Shown: positions 56,083 to 64,000 of the stretch, piece by piece
Numbering within the stretch: position 1 is the first letter of the stretch
Layout: each line of letters begins with the position of its first letter
Assembly: GCA_017433415.1 (NCBI GenBank)
Contig: JAFRHI010000027.1
Span: forward strand, 20,615-84,614
Origin: Bacilli bacterium
GTDB taxonomy: Bacteria > Bacillota_I > Bacilli_A > RF39 > UBA660
Length of the DNA stretch: 64,000 nucleotides
Direction of reading: 5' to 3'
Notes under the pieces: model-generated
Database searches by the model: none
What the model was told of the DNA's origin: nothing
What the model saw: only the letters and a program-made list of their open reading frames with translations
Translations under genes and position numbers: made by a program

Positions 56083-56694
56083 ATGCTTAAAGCTATTTCT
56101 GATTATTCAGAGAATGAAAAACTTTTATTGGTTTTACAGGGTTGTGATTATGCTACTTATGAAGCTAACGATGATATTAAAAAATTTAATAGGTATCAAA
56201 ATAATCAAATAGATGGTTTTTCAGAAAGAACTTTACAGGATATGGAAATATTAGTTATGTTAAAAGATCTTGGTTTTCCTATGCATGAATTAGGTACATA
56301 TTTATATAAAGATTTAATATCAGAAATATGTGAAGTTTTGAAAAAATTATCTGATAGAAGGGATGATATTAATGTTTGTCGTGAATTGTTAGGTAAACTA
56401 AATGATGCATATTCGTCATTTTATCATGCGATAGGTAGAGAGTGGAAAGAATTAGGTATTTCATCATTTCATTTGTATATCATTGACGCATTGGAAAGTA
56501 TTGATTATGATAGTGTTGATCAAGAATTATCTAGTAAAATAAATGGTAATGATTTTTATGATATAAGTTATGGGACACAGGCGTTTATGTTAGCGGCTTA
56601 TGCATTAAAGAAATACTCTTTTAGTGATGCTGAATACAAAAAACCATTGCTGAAAAAATTAAATAATGGTCCAAAGCCTCGTGAATATTGGTAA
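56083..56694 (+). CDS. hypothetical protein, weakly Spo0A C-terminal-domain-like
   Basis: ATG 56083 follows aaaggagg. LKDLGFPMHELGTYLYKDLI resembles the Spo0A_C helix region; low certainty. Confidence 0.3.
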   Translation: MLKAISDYSENEKLLLVLQGCDYATYEANDDIKKFNRYQNNQIDGFSERTLQDMEILVMLKDLGFPMHELGTYLYKDLISEICEVLKKLSDRRDDINVCRELLGKLNDAYSSFYHAIGREWKELGISSFHLYIIDALESIDYDSVDQELSSKINGNDFYDISYGTQAFMLAAYALKKYSFSDAEYKKPLLKKLNNGPKPREYW

Positions 56695-56783
56695 AAAAGA
56701 AGAATGTTTTTATTCTTCTTTTTTACATATAATGAAAAAATAGTGTATAATGATTAAAAGAGTATAGTAAAGGAGTAAAGGAA

Positions 56784-58739
56784 ATGAAGAAAAATTTAAA
56801 GTTATGTATTGTTTTAATTTTACTATTATTAGTGACAGGTGTTGTTTTAATAAATACTAATAAAAGTGAATTAAAAGCAGTAAAGAATGAGAAAGAATTA
56901 TTAAGACTTTGTAATGATTCTAGTTATTCAGAAATGAATTTTTTTGAAAAGATGTTGACGTTACCATTTAGTGTGTTTTTTGATTTAGATCATCACAGAT
57001 ATTATACAAATGGCGCTTGGACAAATGTTGCTGATACTAAAGGTGAATTTTCAATAAATGAAGCAAATAATGATACATCATCAGGATTTAAAGATTATTC
57101 GAAGACAAATATTCAAGTTGAAGGTGTAGATGAAGCTGATATTATTAAAACAGATGGAGATTATATTTATTCAATATCTGGAAATAATGTTGTAATAACT
57201 AATGTAGAAAATCCGGATAATGTAGTGATAGAATCTACTATTTCTAATGAAGCTGTTCCAATGGATTTATTATTGTATAAAGATAATTTAGTTGTGGTTT
57301 TATCAGCTGATTCTAATACTGGACATAGGAAAAATACATTAATAAATATTTATAGTATTAGTGATAAGAAAAAGCCTAGAAAACTTAAAAGTTTTGAATT
57401 ATATCAAGAATATAATACTACAAGATCTATCGATGGAAAGTTGTATGTATTTTCTAATGGCTGGCTAAGAAAAGATGGTGATAAGGTATTAAGAGAATAT
57501 AAAGAAGATTATGATACTCATGAGATACCATTTAAAGATATTAAATATTTAAAAAATAGTCCTACGGATATTCAAACTTTAATTGCTGAAGTAGACTTAA
57601 ATAATCCTAGTAAAGATGTTAGAGTATCAGCATATTTAATCGATATAGCAAATGCCTATATATCTAAAAATAGTATTTATTTACTTGATGATGATTATTA
57701 TACTGATAAGATAAAAATAAGTTCTTTATTTTCTTTAAAAGGGGTAATTGGTGTAATTGAAGAAATAAATGATTATGATTATCAATCAAGGACAAAAATA
57801 TATAAATTTAATATGGATAAAAAGAAAGGTGTAACTTATAAAACTAGTACTACTGTAGAAGGTAATACAATTAATCAGTATTCATTAGATGAAAAAGATA
57901 ATAATTTAAGAGTAGCATTATATGAAGATGATGGTACGAGAGTTGTAGTTTTGAATGATAATTTAAAACTTCTTGGAGAGACGAGTAAAGTTGCGAAGGG
58001 TGAAAGAATGTATGCTTCTAGATTTATGGGTGATAAAGCATACTTAGTAACTTATAAAAATACTGATCCATTATTTGTAATAGATTTAGCTGATTCTAAA
58101 AATCCAAAAGTATTAGGAGAATTAAAAATACCAGGTTATAGTACTTATTTACATCCATATGATGAAACGCATTTAATTGGTATAGGGATGGATAGTGATG
58201 AAGTAATTAATAGAGATATAAATGGTAAAGTTATAAGTACTTGGTCCACTATAACAAGTATGAAAATGTCATTATTTGATGTAAGTGATTTAGAAAATCC
58301 AAAAGAAATAGACAATACAAAAATAGGAGATGATAGAACAGTATCGGCAATTTTATCTAATCCAAAAGCTTTGTTATTTTCTAAAGAAAAGAATTTATTA
58401 GCTATACCAGTAAATGATTATCAAAGTGACTTTCAAACTTCTGTTAATGGAGTTGATGAAGAAGAAGATTTTACTACTTTTATGAATGAGAATCGTACGG
58501 GAGAAGGTTATCTAGTATATAATGTTGATTTAAACGGGTTTAAACTAAAGGGACAAATAATTCATAGTAATACTAGTCAAGATAAATATTATTACTATTC
58601 ATATGATTCTAAATTATTAAGAGGTGTCTATATTAATAATAATTTATTTACGGTCTCTGAGGATATGATAAAAGTTAATGCATTAGATGATTTAAAAGAA
58701 ATAAGTAGTATAAATATAAATGATAAAGGAGTAAATTAA
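56784..58739 (+). CDS. secreted beta-propeller domain-containing protein
   Basis: 651 aa; N-terminal signal/TM; YSKTNIQVEGVDEADIIKTDGDYIY, typical of the bacterial/archaeal Beta_propel family. Confidence 0.7.
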   Translation: MKKNLKLCIVLILLLLVTGVVLINTNKSELKAVKNEKELLRLCNDSSYSEMNFFEKMLTLPFSVFFDLDHHRYYTNGAWTNVADTKGEFSINEANNDTSSGFKDYSKTNIQVEGVDEADIIKTDGDYIYSISGNNVVITNVENPDNVVIESTISNEAVPMDLLLYKDNLVVVLSADSNTGHRKNTLINIYSISDKKKPRKLKSFELYQEYNTTRSIDGKLYVFSNGWLRKDGDKVLREYKEDYDTHEIPFKDIKYLKNSPTDIQTLIAEVDLNNPSKDVRVSAYLIDIANAYISKNSIYLLDDDYYTDKIKISSLFSLKGVIGVIEEINDYDYQSRTKIYKFNMDKKKGVTYKTSTTVEGNTINQYSLDEKDNNLRVALYEDDGTRVVVLNDNLKLLGETSKVAKGERMYASRFMGDKAYLVTYKNTDPLFVIDLADSKNPKVLGELKIPGYSTYLHPYDETHLIGIGMDSDEVINRDINGKVISTWSTITSMKMSLFDVSDLENPKEIDNTKIGDDRTVSAILSNPKALLFSKEKNLLAIPVNDYQSDFQTSVNGVDEEEDFTTFMNENRTGEGYLVYNVDLNGFKLKGQIIHSNTSQDKYYYYSYDSKLLRGVYINNNLFTVSEDMIKVNALDDLKEISSININDKGVN

Positions 58740-58740
58740 A

Positions 58741-59004
58741 ATGAAGAATGATAAAGAAAATAAAACAGTAATTCATGTTGTATCTTTAGTATTAGGTATT
58801 ATATCAGTTTTAACAACATTTTTTTGGTATATATCATGGCCAACAGGAATAGTTGCTATTGTACTAGGTGCAAAATCTTATAAGAAGATAAAATCTAAAT
58901 TAGGAATGGCAGGATTAATATTAGGTATAGTAGGTTTAGCAATATCATTATTAATTTATATTACTTTACTAATAATATTAATTTTACATAATGTAACTGT
59001 TTAA
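58741..59004 (+). CDS. small membrane protein (DUF4190-like)
   Basis: 87 aa; two to three TM helices. Confidence 0.5.
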   Translation: MKNDKENKTVIHVVSLVLGIISVLTTFFWYISWPTGIVAIVLGAKSYKKIKSKLGMAGLILGIVGLAISLLIYITLLIILILHNVTV

Positions 59005-59073
59005 CTCTTTTAGAAGAATATTTTTATTCTTCTTTTTTTATGTTATAATTATTATAGTTCGGAGTGATACTTA

Positions 59074-59796
59074 ATGGAGATAGAATTTAGAATTAATGAT
59101 TTTGAAGGTCCACTTGATTTGTTATTACATTTAATAAAAGAAGCTAAGATGGATATTATGAATATTGAAATAGAATCTATTACTAAGCAATATATGGATT
59201 TTTTAGATAAACAAGAGAAAATGAATTTAGAGGTATCTTCAGAATATTTAGTTTTAGCATCAGAATTAATAGAAATTAAATCAAAATTACTTTTACCAAG
59301 TAATAAAAATGCTTTAGAAGAAGAGGAAAAAGATCCAAGAGAAGATTTAGTTAATAGATTATTAGAATATCAAGCTTATAAGGATATTACAGCTATGTTA
59401 CATGAAAAGGAAGCTCTTAGAAAAGATATTTATACTAAATCTCCAGAAAATATAAAACAATATATTGATGAGGTTAAAGAAATTCATGCAGATGTTTCTT
59501 TAGATGATTTAATCAGTGCTTTTCAAAAATATTATCAAAGAAAGATTGATAATAAGCCTTTAAATACTAAAGTTACTGTCAAAGAAATTAGTATTTCATC
59601 AAGAAGGAGAGATATAAAAAAAATATTAAAAAATAAAAAGAAAGTATCTTTCTTTGAATTATTCGAAACTTTTTCTAAGGAATATGTAGTTGCGACTTTT
59701 TTAGCAATACTAGAAATGGCTAAAGATAAGGAATTAGTAATAATCCAGAAAGAAGCATTTGAAGATATAGTTTGTGAGGTGGCAAAAAATGAATAA
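59074..59796 (+). CDS. scpA: segregation and condensation protein A
   Basis: FEGPLDLLLHLI... Confidence 0.9.
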   Translation: MEIEFRINDFEGPLDLLLHLIKEAKMDIMNIEIESITKQYMDFLDKQEKMNLEVSSEYLVLASELIEIKSKLLLPSNKNALEEEEKDPREDLVNRLLEYQAYKDITAMLHEKEALRKDIYTKSPENIKQYIDEVKEIHADVSLDDLISAFQKYYQRKIDNKPLNTKVTVKEISISSRRRDIKKILKNKKKVSFFELFETFSKEYVVATFLAILEMAKDKELVIIQKEAFEDIVCEVAKNE

Positions 59797-60373
59797 GGCA
59801 GTTTTAGAAGGGCTATTATTTGTAGTTGGAGAAGATGGTTTAACTATTGAGCAAATTTGTGATGTTCTAAGTATTAATGAGGAAGAAGCTAAAGGCGTAG
59901 TAATGGAATTGAAGAAAGATTATGAAGATGAGTCTCGGGGACTTAGAATAGATTTTTTAGGAAATAGATTTAAATTAACTACAAAGTTTGAACATAAAGA
60001 ATATTATCAAAAATTAATTGAAAATCCGGAAACAAATTTTTTATCACAAGCAGCACTTGAGACACTTGCCATAATTGCTTATAATGAACCAATAACAAGA
60101 GTACAAGTAGATGCGATAAGAGGAGTTGGGACAACTCAAATAATTAGGAAATTAGTAGCAAAGGGATTTATTAAAGAAAGTGGAAGAAGTGATATGCCAG
60201 GTAGGCCAATTTTATATGAGACAACACATGAGTTTTTAGATTATTTTGGTTTATCTTCAATAGAAGATTTACCTAATATAGAAGAAATTATTGAAGTACA
60301 GGAAAAAGAAGAAGATAAGAATATAGATTTATATTCTTCAAAGTATAGTGAAGAAGAATTTTTAGAAAATTAA
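59789..60373 (+). CDS. scpB: segregation and condensation protein B
   Basis: MNKAVLEGLLFVVGEDGL..., ...LETLAIIAYNEPITR... ATG 59789 preferred over track 59774. Confidence 0.9.
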   Translation: MNKAVLEGLLFVVGEDGLTIEQICDVLSINEEEAKGVVMELKKDYEDESRGLRIDFLGNRFKLTTKFEHKEYYQKLIENPETNFLSQAALETLAIIAYNEPITRVQVDAIRGVGTTQIIRKLVAKGFIKESGRSDMPGRPILYETTHEFLDYFGLSSIEDLPNIEEIIEVQEKEEDKNIDLYSSKYSEEEFLEN

Positions 60374-60377
60374 GTTA

Positions 60378-60405
60378 TTGATTTTAAATTATTTTATGGT
60401 ATAAT
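60378..60405 (+). promoter_or_regulatory. promoter for tRNA-Leu (TTGATT-16-TGgTATAAT)
   Basis: ttgatt 60378-83; extended -10 with tataat at 60400-05. Confidence 0.5.
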
Positions 60406-60418
60406 CTTTCTATACCTT

Positions 60419-60505
60419 GCTTCCATGGCGGAATTGGTAGACGCGGCAGACTCAAAATCTGCTTCTAGTGATAGAGTTCCGGTTCAAGTCCGGATGGAAG
60501 CACCA
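60419..60505 (+). tRNA. tRNA-Leu (anticodon CAA), CCA encoded
   Basis: Acceptor gcttcca/tggaagc; anticodon stem gcaga/tctgc with loop ctCAAaa; long variable arm; T-arm tccgg-ttcaagt-ccgga. Confidence 0.9.
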
Positions 60506-60514
60506 ATTGTTTAT

Positions 60515-60545
60515 AAAATCCAAGTTGAGCTTGGATTTTTATTTT
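60515..60545 (+). terminator. rho-independent terminator
   Basis: aaaatccaag-ttgag-cttggatttt followed by T-rich sequence. Confidence 0.7.
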
Positions 60546-60616
60546 ATGAAAATAGTTGCTTTTGAAAAATCTTTATAGTAGAATATTGATAAAGTTTTGG
60601 AGGAGGTAGGTAGTAT

Positions 60617-61174
60617 ATGTTAAAAATATACAATGCAAGTTACTTTTATGGAGATATAAAATTAGTTGATTACATTGATTTTCATGTTGGAAGATTTGAT
60701 ACTGACTATTTAGGTAATGGTTATGGATATGTAAAATCTGCTACTAATAATGTTAATCGTGCTAATTTTGAATTGACAAAAATGGATGCTTTTTTGGAAT
60801 ATTTATCTAATGTTGATGTTAATGATGGATGGGTTCAAGACTTTAAATTATGGAATCCTCAAAGTTATGAAACGCTTGGGAAAAAGTTGCAGGGTATCGA
60901 GAAAACAGAAGAAAACTATGAACGTTTTGGTTTAAACGAAGAAGCTGTTTTATTCTTTATGGAAGGTCTTATGTTAAGTAATTATGATGAGAAATTAGTA
61001 AAGAGATATTTTGGTAGGAGACCTCTTACGGGTATGTATATATTAAAGCCAGGAGCTAGATTTTCTTTAGCAACTGGTCCATTTGATGAAGATAGAGAAG
61101 ACTATGAAGTGTTTCAAAGTGAAAGCTTAGGTAAACAGCTAGTTCTTACTAAATTGGATAGGAAAATATTTTAA
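60617..61174 (+). CDS. hypothetical protein
   Basis: 185 aa; SD ggaggagg; no motif recognised. Confidence 0.55.
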   Translation: MLKIYNASYFYGDIKLVDYIDFHVGRFDTDYLGNGYGYVKSATNNVNRANFELTKMDAFLEYLSNVDVNDGWVQDFKLWNPQSYETLGKKLQGIEKTEENYERFGLNEEAVLFFMEGLMLSNYDEKLVKRYFGRRPLTGMYILKPGARFSLATGPFDEDREDYEVFQSESLGKQLVLTKLDRKIF

Positions 61175-61229
61175 TCTTTACTATTTTAAATATTAGTGTT
61201 ATAATATGAACTACTTTTGAGGTGATATT

Positions 61230-61760
61230 GTGCTTAAATTAGTTCATGCTGTGGATGTTAATATTGAAAGTGTTAGAGAATATTATGACTGTTTTGATGG
61301 ATTAAAAGATTTAAATTGTTTTACAATAGTTAATGCAAAATTAAATCCAGAAAATTATTTTACTGAAATATCTAATCCTGATAGACCACTATATTACTTG
61401 ATAGATGATGATAACCCAAATTATATTATAGGTTTTGGAAGTATAAATTCTTTTTTCGATTGTCATCAGTATATTGACATAGGTAATATAGGTTATGGTG
61501 TTAGACCTAGTGAAAGATGCAAAGGTTATGGTAGCTTGATACTAAAGCTGTTGCTTTTAGAATGTGAAAAATTAGGTATGCGTGATGTATGTGTTTCATG
61601 TTCTCCTGATAATGTTGCTTCGCAAAAAATAATACTAAAAAATGGTGGTATGTTTGAAAAAGCCTTTTCTGATGATTGGGAAGGGGAAGGACTAAAATAT
61701 TGGATTAAGTTAAGGCCAAGAATAGTGGTTAAAGTTTTAAACTTATTAGGAATAAATTAA
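61230..61760 (+). CDS. GNAT-family N-acetyltransferase
   Basis: GYGVRPSERCKGYGSLILKLLLLECEKLG acetyl-CoA binding-type motif; GTG start after gaggtg. Confidence 0.75.
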   Translation: MLKLVHAVDVNIESVREYYDCFDGLKDLNCFTIVNAKLNPENYFTEISNPDRPLYYLIDDDNPNYIIGFGSINSFFDCHQYIDIGNIGYGVRPSERCKGYGSLILKLLLLECEKLGMRDVCVSCSPDNVASQKIILKNGGMFEKAFSDDWEGEGLKYWIKLRPRIVVKVLNLLGIN

Positions 61761-61783
61761 AAAATAACTGTTTATGTATACAG

Positions 61784-62488
61784 TTATTTTTTAAATGGTA
61801 AGTTATTACAAATATATATTAACTTGTCATTTTTTATTTCTTTATTATCTTTTATTGTCCAAACAAGTATTGGATATTTTTTAGATAGTTTTTGAAATCT
61901 TTTTGTTTTTAATAGTTTTTTAGATATTGCCAGAAAATCTGGTTTGCAATAGTTGATTATTAAAGTTGATTTTAATAAATAACCTAGAAATTTATTAGGA
62001 TATTTATTATGGATTAAGTATCCTACTTCTGTTTTTGGATAATTTGTATTTATATATTTTACTATTTTAGGATTAAATGATTTGATAACATAATTTTTAT
62101 ATTCATTTAATTCATTCATTAATACTTCACAAGTTTCTTTAATTTTTTTAGTATCTTTTATTTCGATATCTATTAGTATTTTATCATTTATTAATTTTAA
62201 TACATCTTCAAATTTAGGTATTGTTTCTTTTGTATCTAGAAGTTTTATTTTTTTTAGTTCAGCATAATCTAAATCTTTTATTTTTTCATCTCTATTAGCC
62301 ATTCTTTTTAAATCTTCATCATGAAAAACTATTAGGATATTATCTTTTGTTAATTGAACATCTAATTCGATTGGATAATTTAATTCTAATGCTTTTTTAA
62401 AAGCTGGCATTGTATTTTCTGGAACTAATTTATTATCAAATACTCCTCGATGAGCAATAATATTATTTTTTATTTTCAAGTTAATCAC
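61784..62488 (-). CDS. glycerophosphodiester phosphodiesterase
   Basis: IAHRG...PENTMPAFKKALE...ELDVQLTKD...VFHD. Confidence 0.85.
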   Translation of the reverse strand: MINLKIKNNIIAHRGVFDNKLVPENTMPAFKKALELNYPIELDVQLTKDNILIVFHDEDLKRMANRDEKIKDLDYAELKKIKLLDTKETIPKFEDVLKLINDKILIDIEIKDTKKIKETCEVLMNELNEYKNYVIKSFNPKIVKYINTNYPKTEVGYLIHNKYPNKFLGYLLKSTLIINYCKPDFLAISKKLLKTKRFQKLSKKYPILVWTIKDNKEIKNDKLIYICNNLPFKK

Positions 62489-62585
62489 CTCATACTAAAA
62501 ATATTATACTACAGATTAAAGTATGTGTAAAAATATAATTAATTATTGGTATTTATTGGTTTTTATGATATATTTTACTAGAGAT

Positions 62586-62660
62586 GCCGATTTAGCTCAG
62601 TGGTAGAGCAACTCTCTCGTAAAGAGTAGGTCGAAGGTTCAAGTCCTTTAATCGGCACCA
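62586..62660 (+). tRNA. tRNA-Thr (anticodon CGU), CCA encoded
   Basis: Acceptor gccgatt/aatcggc; anticodon stem actct/agagt with loop ctCGTaa. Confidence 0.85.
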
Positions 62661-62664
62661 TTTT

Positions 62665-62738
62665 GCCGATATAGTTTAGTGGTAAAACAGGTCCTTGGTA
62701 AGGATCAGAGGTAAGTTCAATTCTCACTATCGGCACCA
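62665..62738 (+). tRNA. tRNA-Thr (anticodon GGU), CCA encoded
   Basis: Acceptor gccgata/tatcggc; anticodon stem ggtcc/ggatc with loop ttGGTaa; one A-C mismatch in the T-stem. Confidence 0.75.
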
Positions 62739-62788
62739 GTGAAGATGATATTGAACTTTGAGTCAATTTAAGTATAAATAATATTGGT

Positions 62789-62812
62789 AGATAGGTAGTC
62801 CTATCTTTTTTT
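62789..62812 (+). terminator. rho-independent terminator after the tRNA pair
   Basis: agatagg-tagt-cctatct followed by T7. Confidence 0.65.
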
Positions 62813-62888
62813 GTGTTTAATTAAAAAAATGCTTGTATTATTAAATCTGTCTGTTATAATATATAACTAAATATTGGAGGTTTGAAAA

Positions 62889-63764
62889 ATGAGGAGAGAA
62901 TTAAATATGGATGGAGATCAATATCGTGATTTACTAAGAATGTTAAATGAAGCTATATATAAATACGCTGAACAACAAGGAATAGACTTAAATGATACAG
63001 AAAAATTAATTCAATATTGTAATACTATGGAAAAAATAAAATTAGGAAAGGAAACTACAGAGATTCTTTTAGATGGTATTATGCATTATGATGTTGGAGA
63101 TCAACGTGTATTAAAGTTTATTGATTTAGAAGGAATTTCTTTTGCAGGTAGAAATGTACGTAGAGTTGATTTTCGTGGAACAAATGCTGATGTAGATCCT
63201 CAAACTGTTGAAGATAAAAATATAGAAGGAGCAAACTTCGAAGGTATTGATATGAGCGATAAATGCTTTGATGGTTGTGTTATATGTCATACTAATTTAG
63301 GTTATACAAATGCAAAAATCAATCCACAAAAAGTTTATGAAAAGGACTTAAATATAACAATATGCGACGGACTTGATTTATCAGATGCAGATTTTACTGA
63401 TGTTTATGTTCAAAGAGCAAGTTTTAAAAATGCTAAGATTAACTTGGATCCTCAAAAAGTTAGCGGTAAATGTTTAGAATGGACAAATCTAGAAAATGTT
63501 GATATGAGTGGAAAAGATTTTAGTGGTTGTGAACTTATGGGTTGCAATTTAACAAATAGTCATGCTGTTTTAGATTTAAATTCACTAGATGTTGCTAGAT
63601 TATGGGGGTGTAAGTTACATGGAACAACACTTATAGTTGGCGAAGATTTTAGTGTTGAGCAATTAGAAAAGCAACGTGTTGAATTAGGTGAAATTAGATT
63701 AGATGATTATAGTGTAGCTAAGAAAAAAATTAAATCTATTTTTGAAAAGATAAATGGTCAATAA
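62889..63764 (+). CDS. pentapeptide repeat-containing protein
   Basis: Repeated A(D/N)LxG-type pentads (FAGRNVRRVDFRGTNADV..., EGANFEGIDMSD..., LSDADFTDVYVQRASFKNAKI...). Confidence 0.75.
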   Translation: MRRELNMDGDQYRDLLRMLNEAIYKYAEQQGIDLNDTEKLIQYCNTMEKIKLGKETTEILLDGIMHYDVGDQRVLKFIDLEGISFAGRNVRRVDFRGTNADVDPQTVEDKNIEGANFEGIDMSDKCFDGCVICHTNLGYTNAKINPQKVYEKDLNITICDGLDLSDADFTDVYVQRASFKNAKINLDPQKVSGKCLEWTNLENVDMSGKDFSGCELMGCNLTNSHAVLDLNSLDVARLWGCKLHGTTLIVGEDFSVEQLEKQRVELGEIRLDDYSVAKKKIKSIFEKINGQ

Positions 63765-63803
63765 ATATTTAATAATATGTTTATTCTTTATGTGACAAAT
63801 TAT

Positions 63804-63835
63804 AAAAAAGTCTCTTGAAATTATTGAGACTTTTT
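63804..63835. terminator. bidirectional terminator
   Basis: aaaaagtctc-N11-gagacttttt between convergent genes. Confidence 0.6.
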
Positions 63836-63847
63836 AATTTAATGTAA

Positions 63848-64000
63848 TTATTGTTTTATTTTAACTTTAGCAGAATTAATAATTTTAAGACTTTCTGCAA
63901 TTTGAGGTTCTAGTTCTTTTATTTCATCAAGTGAATAATAATCTTTACCAGTATGTCCTTCTACGTAGTCACATACATCTTTAAGACAAACATGATAATT
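63848..64000 (-). CDS. 3' end of an unidentified minus-strand gene (runs out of the window)
   Basis: The reverse complement reads ...NYHVCLKDVCDYVEGHTGKDYYSLDEIKELEPQIAESLKIINSAKVKIKQ*. Not in the supplied track because it is truncated by the window edge. Confidence 0.5.
   Translation of the reverse strand, partial: NYHVCLKDVCDYVEGHTGKDYYSLDEIKELEPQIAESLKIINSAKVKIKQ

Noticed and set aside
62578-62766. 62-aa minus-strand ORF in the track
   Set aside because: It is entirely antisense to two well-folded tRNA-Thr genes, so it is an artefact of the tRNA sequence.

Overview
Very AT-rich, low-GC Firmicute sequence from a spore-former. It uses the standard genetic code: TGA acts as a stop, for example in the ATGA stop/start overlaps. 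All family calls come from reading motifs by eye and recall; I ran no BLAST or HMM search. (1) nt 1 to ~27.2 kb is the right-hand part of an integrative conjugative element (ICE), with every gene on the + strand. It carries a PcfB-like protein, a VirD4/TraG coupling protein, Maff2/VirB6/PrgI-like membrane proteins, a VirB4 ATPase, a CHAP hydrolase and two DUF5011-like proteins. A ~9 kb block of about 20 small, mostly unknown proteins follows. That block includes an XRE regulator, SSB, an NT5C-type nucleotidase, a resolvase-like protein whose nucleophile Ser is Ala, and ArdC. Next come a hairpin-rich candidate oriT, MobC-like and MobA/VirD2-type relaxase genes, a SUFU-like protein and a sortase. 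A large serine recombinase is the last gene. The left end of the element lies outside the window. (2) The ICE abuts the 3' four-fifths of cotE (outer spore coat morphogenetic protein), which lacks its first ~35 codons. This matches the layout of sporulation intervening elements (skin/sigK, SPbeta/spsM), except that here the intervening element is an apparently complete conjugative element. A 22-nt direct repeat and a perfect palindrome mark the junction. (3) nt 27.6-64 kb is ordinary core chromosome. It holds rpsP-KH, uppS-cdsA-rseP, priA, fmt, rlmN, stp-prkC-rsgA-rpe, tex, crp-like/nrdDG, dut, an L,D-transpeptidase, a SigF-like sigma with spoVAC-AD-AE, a sortase, scpAB, tRNA-Leu, two tRNA-Thr and several lineage-specific hypotheticals. 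The most unusual signal is in the ICE cargo. About 15 otherwise unrelated proteins, including SSB, ArdC, the nucleotidase and the SUFU-like protein, end in the same acidic tail (consensus E-E-D-L/I-E-I/V-E-M/I). This tail is conserved down to nucleotide level, and the T4SS structural proteins lack it. The cargo block is transcribed toward the candidate oriT, as expected for a leading region or anti-defence island. No CRISPR array, rRNA or phage structural genes were seen.
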